Under the pieces are notes generated by a model that saw nothing but the letters and a program-made list of their open reading frames with translations, was not told the DNA's origin and made no database searches. Both the position numbers and the translations under genes were made by a program. This document shows, piece after piece, positions 61,472 through 64,000 of a stretch of 64,000 bases of DNA. Each line of letters begins with the position of its first letter. Position 1 is the first letter of the stretch. Source of the DNA: Macrostomum lignano (Eukaryota); assembly GCA_002269645.1 (NCBI GenBank), contig NIVC01001160.1, positions 124,001 to 188,000 of the forward strand, read 5' to 3'.

Positions 61472-62713
61472 ATGACGTCGGCAGCGGCTACGTCTACCTC
61501 GGGCCATAGGCCCAGCCTCACCCTCATCAGCACCCGCACGGGTCGGCGAACATCCATCCATCACGACACGGAGTTTGCCGACCGGATGAACGCCTACATT
61601 GTCAGCCCGCTCATTCCCCTGCCGAAGCCGCCGCCGCCGCCGCCGCCAGCCCAAGCGAAGCGTCAACGACGACGCAATCCGACGCTCGACCGGCTGCTGC
61701 AGCCGCCGAAGGACGAATCGTCGGGTGCGTCAAACGGCTCGGCGTCGCAGCAGCTGATCGGGAAGCTGCGCTCGCTGAAGCTCCGGTTGCAGCGGCACGC
61801 ATCGCTGCACGGCAGGGGCTGGCCGCCCAGGGACTTCCTGCTCATGCAGGAGGTGGCGGTGAGGTGAGGGCTTGATTGTGCTTCTCAGTTGTACTTTTAT
61901 CTCACTCGTTTGATCTTTCGGGCTTCCCGCCTGACAGGAAGGATTCTTGTGCTCTTGTTAAGCCATTAAAAAATCTTGTCTCATAAGAAATACTCTTGTA
62001 CAATAGGGATTAAGACATCTTGCCAACACGTGCAACTGAAAGAACTCCTGAACTCCTGCCTGGCAGCAACAGGACGTCATTTGTTGACGTCAAACCAGGA
62101 ATGGCTCGTATCCAATATTTGAAACCATTGCTAAGCCGAAGACTCCACCCATTTTGCGCTCCACAGTTCGCAGTCCTCGCGCGGAGACCAGCAGCAGCAG
62201 CAGCAGCAGCACACCCAACAGTCGCCAGGTCAGGACACTCAGCCGGTTGACGGCATCGTCTGTACCGAGAGCGACATTCGTCGAATTGTTGGCGACCTTC
62301 TACTACGCCAGGAGATCGGCAGCAGCGGCAGCGGAGGCGTCGGCGTCGGCGGTAGCAGCGGCAGTCAGTCCCAGCAGCATCAGCTGATCGGAGTCGTCCC
62401 GCTGCCGCCGCCGGAGTCGCCCAGCCGCCGACTGGTGTGCTTCATCGATCCCCGGCGAGATAGGCTGGTGCCCGACTCAGGCAGCCTGCAGGTGTGCCAC
62501 AGCTGCCTCAGGCCGCTTCCTGTTGATCAGCAGCGGCAGCAGCAGCCCAAGGAGGTGCTGTTCGACGAGAACGGCCAGACCTGGGAGGTGTACGGAGCCG
62601 ACCTTGACCCCGACCTGCTGGGCCAGGCCATCCAGAACCACCTGGCCGCCAGGCGAAGGCAATCAGCGGAGACTGCGGATGAAGCTGCGACTGCTGCAGG
62701 AGACGCCGACTGA
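61472..62713 (+). CDS. GPRIN: Low-complexity protein with a C-terminal GRIN_C-like (GPRIN family) domain; 2 coding exons
   Basis: Exons 61472-61863 (AG|GTGAGG) and 62167-62713 (CCACAG|), phase 2 (61858/62174 in phase 0 is an alternative). PKEVLFDENGQTWEVYGADLDPDLLGQAIQNHL fits the GPRIN motif V.WDE.G.TWEVYGA...E.LG.AIQ.HL. Confidence 0.72.
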
Positions 62714-62844
62714 GAACTGGGAACCGAGTGCGTTCTTGGCTGCTCGACTTACGTTCAGAATCAAAAATAATTTTTTTATCTCTGTTACTCCTCACTTAGT
62801 AAGACAACTTGTCACGGTTTGTAAAGTGCGATGAACCAACACCT

Positions 62845-63172
62845 GACTGACCCACTGTCAGTTGATCAGAACACTGACCCACACCTGACTGACCCACTGT
62901 CAGTTGATCAGAACACTGACCCATTTCCAGTTGATCAGAACACTGACCCACACCTGACTGACCCATTGTCAGTGGACCAGATCACTGACCCGATGTCTGA
63001 CTGACCCATTGTCAGTGGACCAGATCACTGACCCGATGCCTGACTGACCCATTGTCAGTGGACCAGATCACTGACCCGATGTCTGACTGACCCATTGTCA
63101 GTGGACCAGATCACTGACCTATTTCCAGTTGATCAGAACACTGACCCACACCTGACTGACCCCATTGTCAGT
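62845..63172. repeat. ~43-bp minisatellite
   Basis: CACTGACCCACACCTGACTGACCCACTGTCAGTTGATCAGAA and variants. Confidence 0.88.
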
Positions 63173-63611
63173 CAATGCTGAAACAGTCGCACTCTGAAAA
63201 TAGTATTAATTGATTTACTTGAAATTGAGACCACTTGGAATGCATATTACAAATTTGAGAAAATAAATTTGGGAAGGTATTGTTCAACTGTGTAGTTGCT
63301 TAAAATAAAAGAAGATTACTATAACTGACTAAAAGAGTCTTTTGTATGTGTTTTGCGTACAGAAGTGACTTCATATTTGGTGTCTTCATAGATCATACTG
63401 ATTGGATCAAATGGCAAAGTATTGAAATATATTTCTTTAAATAGTCTGCATTTTGTTGACTGACATAGCTACTCGTAGATATCAGAGAGGCAAATGAGAG
63501 ATGCGATCGAGTCACCTTGTTGAACAAAATTATATTCATTTTAAACAAGTCGCAAAAAGTACATTTTTTGTTAGTTAGTCAAGAGGCTACTGTCTTTGCT
63601 GTCTATGTTGT

Positions 63612-63817
63612 TTTGGGTAGTCAGGAGTCTAGTTGGATAGTCAGGAGTCTAGTTGGGTAGTCAGGAGTCTAGTTGGGTAGTCAGGAGTCTAGTTGGATAG
63701 TCAGGAGTCTAGTTGGGTAGTCAGGAGTCTAGTTGGGTAGTCAGGAGTCTAGTTGGATAGTCAGGAGTCTAGTTGGGTAGTCAGGAGTCTAGTTGGGTAG
63801 TCAGGAGTCTAGTTGGC
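63612..63817. repeat. 20-bp minisatellite
   Basis: GTCAGGAGTCTAGTTGG(G/A)TA, ~10 copies. Confidence 0.95.
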
Positions 63818-64000
63818 AGCCTAGAATGTCCCGAAGCACGTCACGAAAAAGTAACCAACGCTTGCTACTAATAAAGAGTAGTCACATTTGCTTATTATGA
63901 TACGAATGGTTTAATATTAATCAGCAATAAAATACAACTTTTTGATGATGCGAATCCATGGATCAGATGCGGTACGGATTGCGGATTAGTGCAGGGCTGA

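Overview
Eukaryotic (animal) genomic DNA: intron-containing genes, many minisatellites and nested transposons. GT-AG introns, GC-rich exons and minisatellite-filled introns suggest a free-living flatworm such as Macrostomum; that is an impression, not verified. I rebuilt seven host genes by reading splice sites and phases: a fibrinogen-related-domain protein (-), a putative secreted two-module Cys-rich/knottin precursor (+), RASSF2/4-like (+), FABP (+), a class I/II PLP aminotransferase (+), UBE2L3 (-) and a GRIN_C-domain protein (+). Mobile elements: a truncated tyrosine-recombinase retroelement (DIRS/Ngaro type), two copies of an RNase H-bearing LINE, an intact CsRn1-like Gypsy, a second Gypsy cut by a 616-N gap, an RTE-group LINE, a deleted piggyBac, a Chapaev/Transib-type relic, three hAT-type non-autonomous elements, a Foldback-like element and a tRNA-SINE-like pair. 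The most unusual signals are (i) two unrelated introns built from tandem copies of their own exon/5' splice-site junction, (ii) the knottin-containing precursor, and (iii) three tandem PBS-like motifs in one Gypsy leader. All coordinates were counted by hand, and no database searches were run.
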